From Heterodontus francisci (taxonomy: Eukaryota), in contig NC_090404.1 of assembly GCF_036365525.1 (NCBI RefSeq), positions 10,478,001 to 10,542,000 of the forward strand: a stretch of DNA of 64,000 nt, given 5' to 3'. The notes beneath the pieces are model-generated. The model worked only from the letters and a program-made list of their open reading frames with translations. It searched no databases and was not told the origin of the DNA. The position numbers and the translations under genes were made by a program. Shown in pieces: positions 38,435 to 51,568 of the stretch (position 1 is the first letter of the stretch; each line of letters begins with the position of its first letter).

Positions 38435-39215
38435 AATCTCGGATAACCCTTGCCAGTGTGTGTATTTTTTCAGGTGGAGCTGATGTCCAACACTCTCTAC
38501 AGTGAAGCATTGGCAGCTCACTGCAATATTCGTCACTGATAAATCACGTGCTCCAAGTTAAACCAATCGGGACGGTCCGCTAACAGTCTTTGAGATAATC
38601 TGACCTATGAGAGAGACCCACTCTGATTGGATAACAGAAGTGGATGTTAATTTATTCTCGGATTGCAGTTGTTACTGACGAGGCCGCGTTTATTGCCGGT
38701 CCCCAACTATCCTGAAAGGACGACTCCAGCCCCATACGAACGCTACAGACTTTTAGCAGCTTTGTCTCGTAGCCCAGCAAGACGGTCAATTGTAACAGGG
38801 CAAGTGGAGATGCAAAACAAATACAGGCCTTACCAGCGACAACCACGTCCGCAGAAGATTACAAAAATTTTCCTGAGCCAATTCAACACGTGACTGACAT
38901 CATCTCACACTGATCATTGCAAGCGCTCTGCTCGCTTCACCGTCAGTGAATTAAACCTATACAACATTCTCGGTGAAATCAGTTTGATTTTTAAACAAAG
39001 ATTGTGTCAAATCGCTGACCTAACGGATTCTCTGTGTTTCAGGTCTTCGCATTCAATTGTTCAGCTTTCACAATCCCTCTTTTCCATTACAGGAAGTTCC
39101 GGCTGACAACAGGCTATGTTTATTTAATTAACTAATACCAATGATTTCCTGCAACAAACGAAGGAGGTTCCCTGACTGAGGGATGGGACTTCACTGATGG
39201 GAAAAGGATGGAGTG

Positions 39216-39231
39216 TGCCGCCCCCTGTTGG
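39216..39231 (-). promoter_or_regulatory. CTCF-binding motif
   Basis: Minus strand CCAACAGGGGGCGGCA. Confidence 0.55.
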
Positions 39232-39911
39232 GTGACATAGAGGTTGCAGGCAGTGCTACGGGAGTGACGCTTCTCTAGAAAACGCCAGATGAACATAAGA
39301 AATGTGAATTTCTCCGTAACCTGGCAACAAGCGGCTAAAAAATAAATACATTGCACTTACTAAAAAAGCTAATGCCAGTAACATGATTAAAGTAGGTGTA
39401 AAATTTAAATGAATCCAAATAACCACGGTGCGTCATTTATTCACATACAAAGTCAGGCTAAATGCGTAACTCAATGATTTACTTGACCAAAGAAGCGTTT
39501 TGGGTCATTTGAACACACTGGATAAGGTTTTATGTAAATTCAAAATCTCTGTTCCTTCCTCCTGCACACAGTCAGCGCGGTTCCGCAGTGGTAAATATCT
39601 GCTGCTGTTTTTGTCTGCTTTATGCAGCTCATTGAAAGACTATAAGTCAGTGCCAAATTGTGTAGTGTTTCTGTCGCACTATCTTTAATTTATAAGCTGG
39701 TATAAATTCTCTGAATGCATCTTTGCACTATGTTCAGATATATCCAAACTAACAGGACCAGAAGAAACCTTCCTCAATGCCCTACCTGTTGCACTCGGCA
39801 TGTCGTTTATTTGGAGTATTTTATATCAGCATGTTCTAGTAACAATTTCAGGAAGTTCCCGTATCTCCCCTCTCTGCCTGTTATTCTATTCACCTTGTCA
39901 CATTCCAGCAA

Positions 39912-40430
39912 TGTTTTTCTATGAAGGTCCCTCCGGTTCCTGTCACTGTGCCTTTCAGCCCGCAGTAATACATGGCGCTATCAGACAGCCGCAAGTCGTG
40001 GATGGCGAAATTCCCCTCACTTTTTGAAGAGTCGAGAGATGCAGAAAATCAAGCTCTGAAAACTTCCCCACCAAAAGGAATGTAGATGAAGAATGTGAAA
40101 CATTTATCCCGGTCCGAACGGGACAGCTGTAATGTATAGAAACCAGCAGTGGTCGAATCGCTGAAATCAAGGTTCAGCGAGTCTCCTTCAAACTACATCG
40201 CTGTTACCGGCCTCTGTCAGACCGAGACTACACCCGGAAAACCTGCAGAAATTCAGAAATACAGAACGCAAAGCTTTTATCAGCATTTTATTGTAACTAA
40301 TTTCATAAAGATAAATAAATACATTGCAAGTAGAGAGAAAGATGATCTATGTCAGTGAAACCTGCAAGAGGAAACTTTACCAGTTAAGGGAGCTGCAGCT
40401 GTGACGAATGAATAAAAGGTAACAACCAAG
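39912..40430 (-). pseudogene. TCR alpha/delta V pseudogene
   Basis: V exon 39951-40242 has three in-frame stops, lacks the first Cys and the conserved Trp, ends LRLSDSAMYYCGLK; RSS CACAGTG-23-AGAAAAACA (39912-39950); ATG-less leader remnant ending at 40381. Confidence 0.88.
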
Positions 40431-40677
40431 ATATTTGCAGAGATGATGGTAGATTTGAACATAATGAGTTGAGACTGTAATAAAAACAAGAAATGCTGGA
40501 AATACTCAGCAGGTCTGGCAGCATCTGTGGTGAGAGAAGCAGAGATGGCGTTTCAGGTCTGTGACCCTTCATCAGAACTGCGAGTTGAAACTGTAATTGT
40601 TTTAGTTAAGAAAATGTTTAGAAACATCCGGCCTTTCTGCTGATTCGTTGATTCCTGACCGCGTCAACAGGTGACAC

Positions 40678-40820
40678 CCAATCAGCTCACAGCTCCTTTG
40701 TTCTCCAGTTCATCCAATCAGCTCACAGCTCCTTTGTTCTCCAATACATCCAATCAGCTCACAGCTCCTTTGTTCTCCAATACATCCAATCAGCTCACAG
40801 CTTCTTCGGTCTCCAATTCA
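40678..40820. repeat. 36-bp tandem repeat x4 containing CCAAT boxes
   Basis: (CCAATCAGCTCACAGCTCCTTTGTTCTCCAATACAT) about 4 copies, followed by TGACATCA at 40821. Confidence 0.85.
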
Positions 40821-41381
40821 TGACATCACGGCGACGAGCATTGAACTGTTTTTCTCACAAGAGAGCGGGACAGAAGAGCATTAGAACAAAAGACAAAGGA
40901 GCTGGAGTAGGCCATTAGGCCCGTCAAGCCCGCTTCGCCATTCAACAAATTATGGCTGATCTTTTACCTCAACTCCACCTTCCCGCGCTATCCCTGTATC
41001 CCTTAATACTCTTAGTATCCAAACATATTCCAACCTGGAATACACTCGGCAACTGAGCATCCACAGCTCTCTCGGTAAAGAATAATATTGGCACTAAACC
41101 CAATTTTCGGCCCGTTAGGAGAATCAATCTGTTAGGTGGGGTAGTGATAGGAAATAATTAATCGTGTTCTGTTATCAGACAGAGTCTCCCGTTATAAGTG
41201 TTGCTTACTCACCATGAAAAATACTCACAGCCGATGAAAAGGGGGATTCTGCACAGAATGGCACAGATTCTGCAGGACAGAAAGAGACCATTAGACCAAA
41301 CTGGTTTGTATAGTTTTGGTTCTATTAACAGTTCACAATTCAGGTCCCAGTTCTGATAAGTAAGAGTGTGCCTATCTTTCC

Positions 41382-41420
41382 GGTTATTGTACAGACTGAC
41401 TGCGCCTTTGTAACAGTGTG
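41382..41420 (-). other. 23-bp-spacer RSS
   Basis: CACACTG - 23 nt - ACAATAACC. Confidence 0.88.
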
Positions 41421-41856
41421 GGGCTCAGCGCACAGTGATACACGGCAGAGTCAGAGAGAAGAGCCCTGGAGACTTTCAATGGAACCGTTTGCTTGTCTTC
41501 GTCCAAATCAGCAGAAAACCGGTCTGCAAAATCGTGAGACTCATCCCTTTGACCTGTGCTGTACCTCCTCAGTAAATACTTCGGAGCTTCCCCTGGATAC
41601 TGGATGTACCAGAAGAGAGTTGGGCCAGTGTATTTAGCGGTGTAACTACAGTTCAGTATTACGCTCTGTCCTTCCTGAACTGTTAATTCAGGCGGATCCT
41701 GGGAAACTGAATCTTCACCACTCGATCCTGTAACAACGTATAGACTGTGTGAAACATCTGAGAGTAAATATCACCCATGGAACACATAGTGACCATTTAA
41801 ACAGACTTACCAGGCAGCATGGTCATTATTGTCAGTAAGGAACATAGGGAGATCAT
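41421..41856 (-). CDS. TCR alpha/delta V segment, intact (L1 41811-41856; V exon 41421-41727); not in the ORF track
   Basis: Hand translation: MISLCSLLTIMTMLP G|gtaag...ttacag|GSSGEDSVSQDPPELTVQEGQSVILNCSYTAKYTGPTLFWYIQYPGEAPKYLLRR...RFSADLD...LSDSAVYHCALS. Confidence 0.93.
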
Positions 41857-42015
41857 GGTATCTGGTTTAATATTCGACTGTAAACAGAACACTTTTAAAA
41901 TATGTAGACGCTTCTAGTCATCTACTGAAGAGTAAACTCAGATCAGAGGCGGGCTTCACTTATTGGGAAACTGAGGGGCGTTTCTCAGTGCTGCGATTGT
42001 CTGCTTTCTCAGATC

Positions 42016-42023
42016 TGACGTCA
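42016..42023. promoter_or_regulatory. Palindromic CRE (TGACGTCA) in a V promoter
   Basis: 160 bp upstream of the ATG at 41856; CRE-like motifs are typical of TCR V promoters. Confidence 0.6.
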
Positions 42024-42309
42024 GCTGTGAACCAATCACTGTTAGTTGAAGACCAAATACAGCTGGCTCTCTCCAATCGCTTTCCTTCCCTGCCGGTGTT
42101 TCTGAGTCTTTCTCACCCCCTTGTTCTGTGTCGCATGATCAGCCATTCGGCCTCTTTCTCGCTTTGTCTCGCTTTCTGTAAAACTCATTGTCTCTATATT
42201 TAGGAAGGTAGATCTTTCTCTCTAATTAAGGTGAAAAGTGAACTTATTCGTAATTAGTCTCATGCTCAGGTAGAAATGAACATCCTCCAGTCCATGAGCA
42301 TCATTAATA

Positions 42310-42770
42310 CTTTTTTTTTAACTCATTCATGGGATTTGGGCGTCGCTGGCAAGGCCAGCATTTATTGCCCATCCTTAATTGCCCTTGATAAGGTGGTGGT
42401 GAGCTGCCTTCTTGAACCGCAGCAGTCCATTTGGGGTTGATTTCGTAATGGTTAGATACAACTGAGTGGCTTGCTAGGCCATGTAATAGTCAACCACATT
42501 GCTGTGGGTCTGGAGTCACATGTAAGCCAGACCAGGTAAGGATGGCAGATTTCCTTCCCGAAAGGACATTAGTGAATCAGATGGGTTTTGACAACAATCG
42601 ACAATGGTCTCATGGCTATCATTCGAACTAGCTTTTTCATTCCAGATTTATTAATTGAATTCAATTTCCACCTTCTGCTGTGGTGGGATTTGAACCCATG
42701 TCCCCAGAATAATACCCCGGGTTTTTGGGTTACTAGTCCAGTGACAATACCACTACGCCACCGCCTTCAT
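42310..42770 (-). mobile_element. tRNA-derived SINE with Deu-domain-like core (SacSINE1-like)
   Basis: Minus strand A box TGGCGTAGTGG, B box GGTTCAAATCC, Deu-like core, LINE-derived tail ending in an A-run. Confidence 0.78.
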
Positions 42771-43336
42771 ACTTACTGTGTTAAGTTCAGCATGGACATG
42801 ATAAGTAGTCACCCATCTCCAAAGCGGGATGTGTTACCACTGGCACTCATCATCTACCGGTAAACTGTTGGTTTCAATCAGTCAGTATTTCTAAACGCTG
42901 AAACTTTCAAATGTGACGACCTTGAGGTCACCGTTGAGATTGGATCACTTTTGAAAGATTTCACCTGACAGATAATGCACCAGATCCAGAACATTTCCGA
43001 GTCCATATTGGTCCTGTTATTCACCCCGGAGATGTGCAGGTCTGAGCTAACAGGGATCGGGAAATGAGCAACGATTACACGAAACTAGCCAGTAGATGAG
43101 ATTTACCATCGAGTTTGAGATGTTGCGAAGACAGAGGAAATGCTCCACTTGTCTGTTCCCAGCGAAAGGTTAGTGAAATCCGACCCCATATAACCCGTCA
43201 ATCAGCTCAGTGTGAGTAGTGACATTGAGAGAAACAAACTGAACATCATCAGCTACATTCAACAACAGTCTTTGTTTCTTTGAGTCGACTTCCCACAGAC
43301 GAAGTAAAAATCAAACTCTTGCACAAGTCGATTATA

Positions 43337-46300
43337 GATCAAACTGTCTCTCAGGTTAATTAGAGCTCAAACTGTCTCTCAGATCAATTAGAGAATAAAC
43401 TGTCTCTCAGATCAATTAGAGATCAAACTGTCTCTCAGGTCAATTAGAGATCAAACTGTCTCTCAGGTCAATTAGAGAATAAACTGCCTCTCAGGTCAAT
43501 TAGAGATCAAACTGTCTCTCAGGTCAATTAGAGATCAAACTGTTTCTCAGGTCAATTAGAGAATAAACTGCCTCTCAGATCAATTAGAGATCAAACTGTC
43601 TCTCAGGTCAATTAGAGAATAAACTGTCTCTCAGGTCAATTAGAGATCAAACTGTGTCTCAGGTCAATTAGAGATCAAACTGCCTCTCAGGTCAATTAGA
43701 GATCAAACTGTCTCTCAGGTCAATTAGAGATCAAACTGTGTCTCAGGTCAATTAGAGATCAAACTGCCTCTCAGGTCAATTAGAGATCAAACTGTCTCTC
43801 AGGTCAATTAGAGAATAAACTGCCTCTCAGGTCAATTAGAGAATAAACTGTCTCTCAGACCAATTAGAGATCAAACTGACTCTCAGGTCAATTAGAGATC
43901 AAACTGTCTCTCAGATCAATTAGAGAATAAACTGCCTCTCAGGTCAATTAGAGATCAAACTGTGTCTCAGGTCAATTAGAGCTCAAACTGTCTCTCAGGT
44001 CAATTAGAGAATAAACTGCCTCTCAGGTCAATTAGAGATCAAACTGTCTCTCAGATCAATTAGAGATCAAACTGTCTCTCAGGTCAATTAGAGATCAAAC
44101 TGTCTCTCAGGTCAATTAGAGAATAAACTGCCTCTCAGGTCAATTAGAGAATAAACTGCCGCTCAGGTCAATTAGAGATCTAACTGTCTCTCAGGTCAAT
44201 TAGAGAATAAACTGCCTCTCAGGTCAATTAGAGATCAAACTGTCTCTCAGGTCAATTAGAGAATAAACTGCCTCTCAGGTCAATTAGAGATCAAAGTGTC
44301 TCTCAAGTCAATTAGAGATCAAACTGTCTCTCAGGTCAATTAGAGAATAAACTGCCTCTCAGGTCAATTAGAGATCAAACTGTCTCTCAGGTCAATTAGA
44401 GAATAAACTGCCTCTCAGGTCAATTAGAGATCAAACTGTCTCTCAGGTCAATTAGAGATCAAACTGTCTCTCAGGTCAATTAGAGAATAAACTGCCTCTC
44501 AGGTCAATTAGAGAATAAACTGCCGCTCAGGTCAATTAGAGATCTAACTGTCTCTCAGGTCAATTAGAGAATAAACTGCCTCTCAGGTCAATTAGAGATC
44601 AAACTGTCTCTCAGGTCAATTAGAGAATAAACTGCCTCTCAGGTCAATTAGAGATCAAACTGTCTCTCATGTCAATTAGAGATCAAACTGTGTCTCAGGT
44701 CAATTAGAGAATGAACTGCCTCTCAAGTCAATTAGAGATCAAACTGTCTCTCAAGTCAATTAGAGATCAAACTGTGTCTCAGGTCAATTAGCGAATAAAC
44801 TGCCTCTCAGATCAATTAGAGATCAAACTGTCTCTCAGGTCAATTAGAGATCAAACTGACTCTCAGGTCAATTAGAGAATAAACTGTCTCTCAGGTCAAT
44901 TAGAGATCAAACTGTCTCTCAGGTCAATTAGAGATCAAACTGTCTCTCAGGTCAATTAGAGAATAAACTGTCTCTCAGGTCAATTAGAGATCAAACTGTC
45001 TCTCAGGTCAATTAGAGATCAAACTGTCTCTCAGGTCAATTAGAGAATAAACTGCCTCTCAGGTCAATTAGAGAATAAAGTGCCGCTCAGGTCAATTAGA
45101 GATCTAACTGTCTCTCAGGTCAATTAGAGAATAAACTGCCTCTCAGGTCAATTAGAGATCAAACTGTCTCTCAGGTCAATTAGAGAATGAACTGCCTCTC
45201 AAGTCAATTAGAGATCAAACTGTCTCTCAAGTCAATTAGTGATCAAACTGTCTCTCAGGTCAATTAGCGAATAAACTGCCTCTCAGGTCAATTAGAGATC
45301 AAACTGTCTCTCAGGTCAATTAGAGAATAAACTGTCTCTCAGGTCAATTAGAGCTCAAACTGTCTCTCAGGTCAATTAGAGATCAAACTGTCTCTCAGGT
45401 CAATTAGAGATCAAACTGTCTCTCAGGTCAATTAGAGAATAAACTGCCTCTCAGGTCAATTAGAGATCAAACTGTCTCTCAGGTCAATTAGAGAATGAAC
45501 TGCCTCTCAAGTCAATTAGAGATCAAACTGTCTCTCAAGTCAATTAGAGATCAAACTGTCTCTCAGGTCAATTAGCGAATAAACTGCCTCTCAGGTCAAT
45601 TAGAGATCAAACTGTCTCTCAGGTCAATTAGAGATCAAACTGTCTCTCAGGTCAATTGGAGAATAAACTGCCTCTCAGGTCAATTAGAGATCAAACTGTC
45701 TCTCATGTCAATTAGAGATCAAACTGTGTCTCAGGTCAATTAGAGAATGAACTGCCTCTCAAGTCAATTAGAGATCAAACTGTCTCTCAAGTCAATTAGA
45801 GATCAAACTGTGTCTCAGGTCAATTAGCGAATAAACTGCCTCTCAGATCAATTAGAGATCAAACTGTCTCTCAGGTCAATTAGAGATCAAACTGACTCTC
45901 AGGTCAATTAGAGAATAAACTGTCTCTCAGGTCAATTAGAGATCAAACTGTCTCTCAGGTCAATTAGAGATCAAACTGTCTCTCAGGTCAATTAGAGAAT
46001 AAACTGTCTCTCAGGTCAATTAGAGATCAAACTGTCTCTCAGGTCAATTAGAGATCAAACTGTCTCTCAGGTCAATTAGAGAATAAACTGCCTCTCAGGT
46101 CAATTAGAGAATAAAGTGCCGCTCAGGTCAATTAGAGATCTAACTGTCTCTCAGGTCAATTAGAGAATAAACTGCCTCTCAGGTCAATTAGAGATCAAAC
46201 TGTCTCTCAGGTCAATTAGAGAATGAACTGCCTCTCAAGTCAATTAGAGATCAAACTGTCTCTCAAGTCAATTAGTGATCAAACTGTCTCTCAGGTCAAT

Positions 46301-49300
46301 TAGCGAATAAACTGCCTCTCAGGTCAATTAGAGATCAAACTGTCTCTCAGGTCAATTAGAGAATAAACTGTCTCTCAGGTCAATTAGAGCTCAAACTGTC
46401 TCTCAGGTCAATTAGAGATCAAACTGTCTCTCAGGTCAATTAGAGATCAAACTGTCTCTCAGGTCAATTAGAGAATAAACTGCCTCTCAGGTCAATTAGA
46501 GATCAAACTGTCTCTCAGGTCAATTAGAGAATGAACTGCCTCTCAAGTCAATTAGAGATCAAACTGTCTCTCAAGTCAATTAGAGATCAAACTGTCTCTC
46601 AGGTCAATTAGCGAATAAACTGCCTCTCAGGTCAATTAGAGATCAAACTGTCTCTCAGGTCAATTAGAGATCAAACTGTCTCTCAGGTCAATTGGAGAAT
46701 AAACTGCCTCTCAGGTCAATTAGAGATCAAACTGTCTCTCAGGTCAATTAGAGAATAAACTGTCTCTCAGGTCAATTAAAGATCAAACTGTCTCTCAGAT
46801 CAATTAGAGATCAAACTGTCTCTCAGGTCAATTAGAGAATAAACTGCCTCTCAGGTCAATTAGAGATCAAACTGTCTCTCAGGTCAATTAGAGATCAAAC
46901 TGTCTCTCAGATCAATTAGAGATCAAACTGTCTCTCAGATCAATTAGAGAATAAACTGTCTCTCAGGTCAATTAGAGATCAAACTGTCTCTCAGGTCAAT
47001 TAGAGAATGAACTGCCTCTCAAGTCAATTAGAGAATAAACTGTCTCTCAGGTCAATTAGAGATCAAACTGTGTCTCAGGTCAATTAGCGAATAAACTGCC
47101 TCTCAGGTCAATTAGAGATCAAACTGTCTCTCAGGTCAATTAGAGATCAAACTGTCTCTCAGGTCAATTAGAGAATAAACTGTCTCTCAGGTCAATTAGA
47201 GCTCAAACTGTCTCTCAGGTCAATTAGAGATCAAACTGTCTCTCAGGTCAATTAGAGATCAAACTGTCTCTCAGGTCAATTAGAGAATAAACTGCCTCTC
47301 AGGTCAATTAGAGATCAAACTGTCTCTCAGATCAATTAGAGATCAAACTGACTCTCAGGTCAATTTGAGAATAAACTGTCTCTCAGGTCAATTAGAGATC
47401 AAACTGTCTCTCAGGTCAATTAGAGATCAAACTGTCTCTCAGGTCAATTAGAGAATAAACTGTCTCTCAGGTCAATTAGAGATCAAACTGTCTCTCAGGT
47501 CAATTAGAGATCAAACTGTCTCTCAGGTCAATTAGAGAATAAACTGCCTCTCAGGTCAATTAGAGAATAAACTGCCGCTCAGGTCAATTAGAGATCTAAC
47601 TGTCTCTCAGGTCAATTAGAGAATAAACTGCCTCTCAGGTCAATTAGAGATCAAACTGTCTCTCAGGTCAATTAGAGAATAAACTGCCTCTCAGGTCAAT
47701 TAGAGATCAAACTGTCTCTCAGGTCAATTAGAGAATTAACTGCCTCTCAAGTCAATTAGAGATCAAACTGTCTCTCAAGTCAATTAGAGATCAAACTGTC
47801 TCTCAGGTCAATTAGCGAATAAACTGCCTCTCAGGTCAATTAGAGATCAAACTGTCTCTCAGGTCAATTAGAGATCAAACTGTCTCTCATGTCAATTAGA
47901 GAATAAACTGTCTCTCAGGTCAATTAGAGCTCAAACTGTCTCTCAGGTCAATTAGAGATCAAACTGTCTCTCAGGTCAATTAGAGATCAAACTGTCTCTC
48001 AGGTCAATTGGAGAATAAACTGCCTCTCAGGTCAATTAGAGATCAAACTGTCTCTCAGGTCAATTAGAGAATAAACTGCCTCTCAGGTCAATTAGAGATC
48101 AAACTGTCTCTCAAGTCAATTAGAGATCAAACTGTCTCTCAGGTCAATTAGAGAATAAACTGCCTCTCAGGTCAATTAGAGATCAAACTGTCTCTCAGGT
48201 CAATTAGAGAATAAACTGCCTCTCAGGTCAATTAGAGATCAAACTGTCTCTCAGGTCAATTAGAGATCAAACTGTCTCTCAGGTCAATTAGAGAATAAAC
48301 TGCCTCTCAGGTCAATTAGAGAATAAACTGCCGCTCAGGTCAATTAGAGATCTAACTGTCTCTCAGGTCAATTAGAGAATAAACTGCCTCTCAGGTCAAT
48401 TAGAGATCAAACTGTCTCTCAGGTCAATTAGAGAATAAACTGCCTCTCAGGTCAATTAGAGATCAAACTGTCTCTCAGGTCAATTAGAGATCAAACTGTC
48501 TCTCAGGTCAATTAGAGAATAAACTGCCTCTCAGGTCAATTAGAGAATAAAGTGCCGCTCAGGTCAATTAGAGATCTAACTGTCTCTCAGGTCAATTAGA
48601 GAATAAACTGCCTCTCAGGTCAATTAGAGATCAAACTGTCTCTCAGGTCAATTAGAGAATGAACTGCCTCTCAAGTCAATTAGAGATCAAACTGTCTCTC
48701 AAGTCAATTAGTGATCAAACTGTCTCTCAGGTCAATTAGCGAATAAACTGCCTCTCAGGTCAATTAGAGATCAAACTGTCTCTCAGGTCAATTAGAGAAT
48801 AAACTGTCTCTCAGGTCAATTAGAGCTCAAACTGTCTCTCAGGTCAATTAGAGATCAAACTGTCTCTCAGGTCAATTAGAGATCAAACTGTCTCTCAGGT
48901 CAATTAGAGAATAAACTGCCTCTCAGGTCAATTAGAGATCAAACTGTCTCTCAGGTCAATTAGAGAATGAACTGCCTCTCAAGTCAATTAGAGATCAAAC
49001 TGTCTCTCAAGTCAATTAGAGATCAAACTGTCTCTCAGGTCAATTAGCGAATAAACTGCCTCTCAGGTCAATTAGAGATCAAACTGTCTCTCAGGTCAAT
49101 TAGAGATCAAACTGTCTCTCAGGTCAATTGGAGAATAAACTGCCTCTCAGGTCAATTAGAGATCAAACTGTCTCTCAGGTCAATTAGAGAATAAACTGTC
49201 TCTCAGGTCAATTAAAGATCAAACTGTCTCTCAGATCAATTAGAGATCAAACTGTCTCTCAGATCAATTAGAGAATAAACTGCCTCTCAGGTCAATTAGA

Positions 49301-51320
49301 GATCAAACTGTCTCTCAGGTCAATTAGAGATCAAACTGTCTCTCAGATCAATTAGAGATCAAACTGTCTCTCAGATCAATTAGAGAATAAACTGTCTCTC
49401 AGGTCAATTAGAGATCAAACTGTCTCTCAGGTCAATTAGAGAATGAACTGCCTCTCAAGTCAATTAGAGAATAAACTGTCTCTCAGGTCAATTAGAGATC
49501 AAACTGTGTCTCAGGTCAATTAGCGAATAAACTGCCTCTCAGGTCAATTAGAGATCAATCTGTCTCTCAGGTCAATTAGAGATCAAACTGTCTCTCAGGT
49601 CAATTAGAGAATAAACTGTCTCTCAGGTCAATTAGAGCTCAAACTGTCTCTCAGGTCAATTAGAGATCAAACTGTCTCTCAGGTCAATTAGAGATCAAAC
49701 TGTCTCTCAGGTCAATTGGAGAATAAACTGCCTCTCAGGTCAATTAGAGATCAAACTGTCTCTCAGATCAATTAGAGATCAAACTGTCTCTCAGGTCAAT
49801 TAGAGAATAAACTGTCTCTCAGGTCAATTAGAGATCAAACTGTCTCTCAGGTCAATTAGAGATCAAACTGTCTCTCAGGTCAATTAGAGAATAAACTGCC
49901 TCTCAGGTCAATTAGAGAATAAACTGCCGCTCAGGTCAATTAGAGATCTAACTGTCTCTCAGGTCAATTAGAGAATAAACTGCCTCTCAGGTCAATTAGA
50001 GATCAAACTGTCTCTCAGGTCAATTAGAGAATAAACTGCCTCTCAGGTCAATTAGAGATCAAACTGTCTCTCAGGTCAATTAGAGAATGAACTGCCTCTC
50101 AAGTCAATTAGAGATCAAACTGTCTCTCAAGTCAATTAGAGATCAAACTGTCTCTCAGGTCAATTAGCGAATAAACTGCCTCTCAGGTCAATTAGAGATC
50201 AAACTGTCTCTCAGGTCAATTAGAGATCAAACTGTCTCTCATGTCAATTAGAGAATAAACTGTCTCTCAGGTCAATTAGAGCTCAAACTGTCTCTCAGGT
50301 CAATTAGAGATCAAACTGTCTCTCAGGTCAATTAGAGATCAAACTGTCTCTCAGGTCAATTGGAGAATAAACTGCCTCTCAGGTCAATTAGAGATCAAAC
50401 TGTCTCTCAGGTCAATTAGAGAATAAACTGTCTCTCAGGTCAATTAAAGATCAAACTGTCTCTCAGATCAATTAGAGATCAAACTGTCTCTCAGGTCAAT
50501 TAGAGAATAAACTGCCTCTCAGGTCAATTAGAGATCAAACTGTCTCTCAGGTCAATTAGAGATCAAACTGTCTCTCAGATCAATTAGAGATCAAACTGTC
50601 TCTCAGATCAATTAGAGAATAAACTGTCTCTCAGGTCAATTAGAGATCAAACTGTCTCTCAGGTCAATTAGAGAATGAACTGCCTCTCAAGTCAATTAGA
50701 GAATAAACTGTCTCTCAGGTCAATTAGAGATCAAACTGTGTCTCAGGTCAATTAGCGAATAAACTGCCTCTCAGTTCAATTAGAGATCAAACTGTCTCTC
50801 AGGTCAATTAGAGATCAAACTGTCTCTCAGGTCAATTAGAGAATAAACTGTCTCTCAGGTCAATTAGAGCTCAAACTGTCTCTCAGGTCAATTAGAGATC
50901 AAACTGTCTCTCAGGTCAATTAGAGATCAAACTGTCTCTCAGGTCAATTGGAGAATAAACTGCCTCTCAGGTCAATTAGAGATCAAACTGTCTCTCAGAT
51001 CAATTCGAGATCAAACTGTCTCTCAGGTCAATTAGAGAATAAACTGCCTCTCAGGTCAATTAGAGATCAAACTGTCTCTCAGATCAATTAGAGATCAAAC
51101 TGTCTCTCAGATCAATTAGAGATCAAACTGTCTCTCAGGTCAATTAGAGAATAAACTGCCTCTCAGGTCAATTAGAGATCAAACTGTCTCTCAGGTCAAT
51201 TAGAGATCAAACTGTCTCTCAGATCAATTAGAGATCAAACTGCCTCTCAGGTCAATTAGAGATCAAACTGTCTCTCAGATCAATTAGAGATCAAACTGTC
51301 TCTCAGGTTAATAAGAGATC
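43337..51320. repeat. 28-bp minisatellite (GATCAAACTGTCTCTCAGGTCAATTAGA)n, about 285 units
   Basis: Highly homogeneous tandem unit, directly visible. Confidence 0.97.
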
Positions 51321-51480
51321 CATGTGACTATTTTTATTAATCTTTGTCTCTGATGAGCAGAATTCGATGCTAATGTCTCAGTTCTCTGAAAGAAAAACAC
51401 ATCCTTCGGGTTAAGGAAGTGACACCAGACTAGTCAGAGCCAATCCTCTCAGCTTTTTCTATTTGATGTCCTGCAGGAAA

Positions 51481-51488
51481 TGACATCA
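51481..51488 (+). promoter_or_regulatory. CRE-like TGACATCA in a V promoter
   Basis: About 85 bp upstream of the leader ATG at 51569. Confidence 0.5.
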
Positions 51489-51568
51489 GGCCAGCATCAG
51501 ATTTTCATGTTCGATATTCTGCAGGTTTCTGAGACACAAAAGGTCAGTAGAATTCCGGAGTAGCAGCA

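Noticed and set aside
41213-41269. Possible small exon (strong acceptor, two GTGAGT donors) downstream of the minus-strand V
   Set aside because: No J motif (F/WGxG), no RSS and no recognisable peptide; cannot be supported without transcripts.
43337-51320. CRISPR-like 28-bp repeat
   Set aside because: Head-to-tail units with no unique spacers, vertebrate context and no cas genes.
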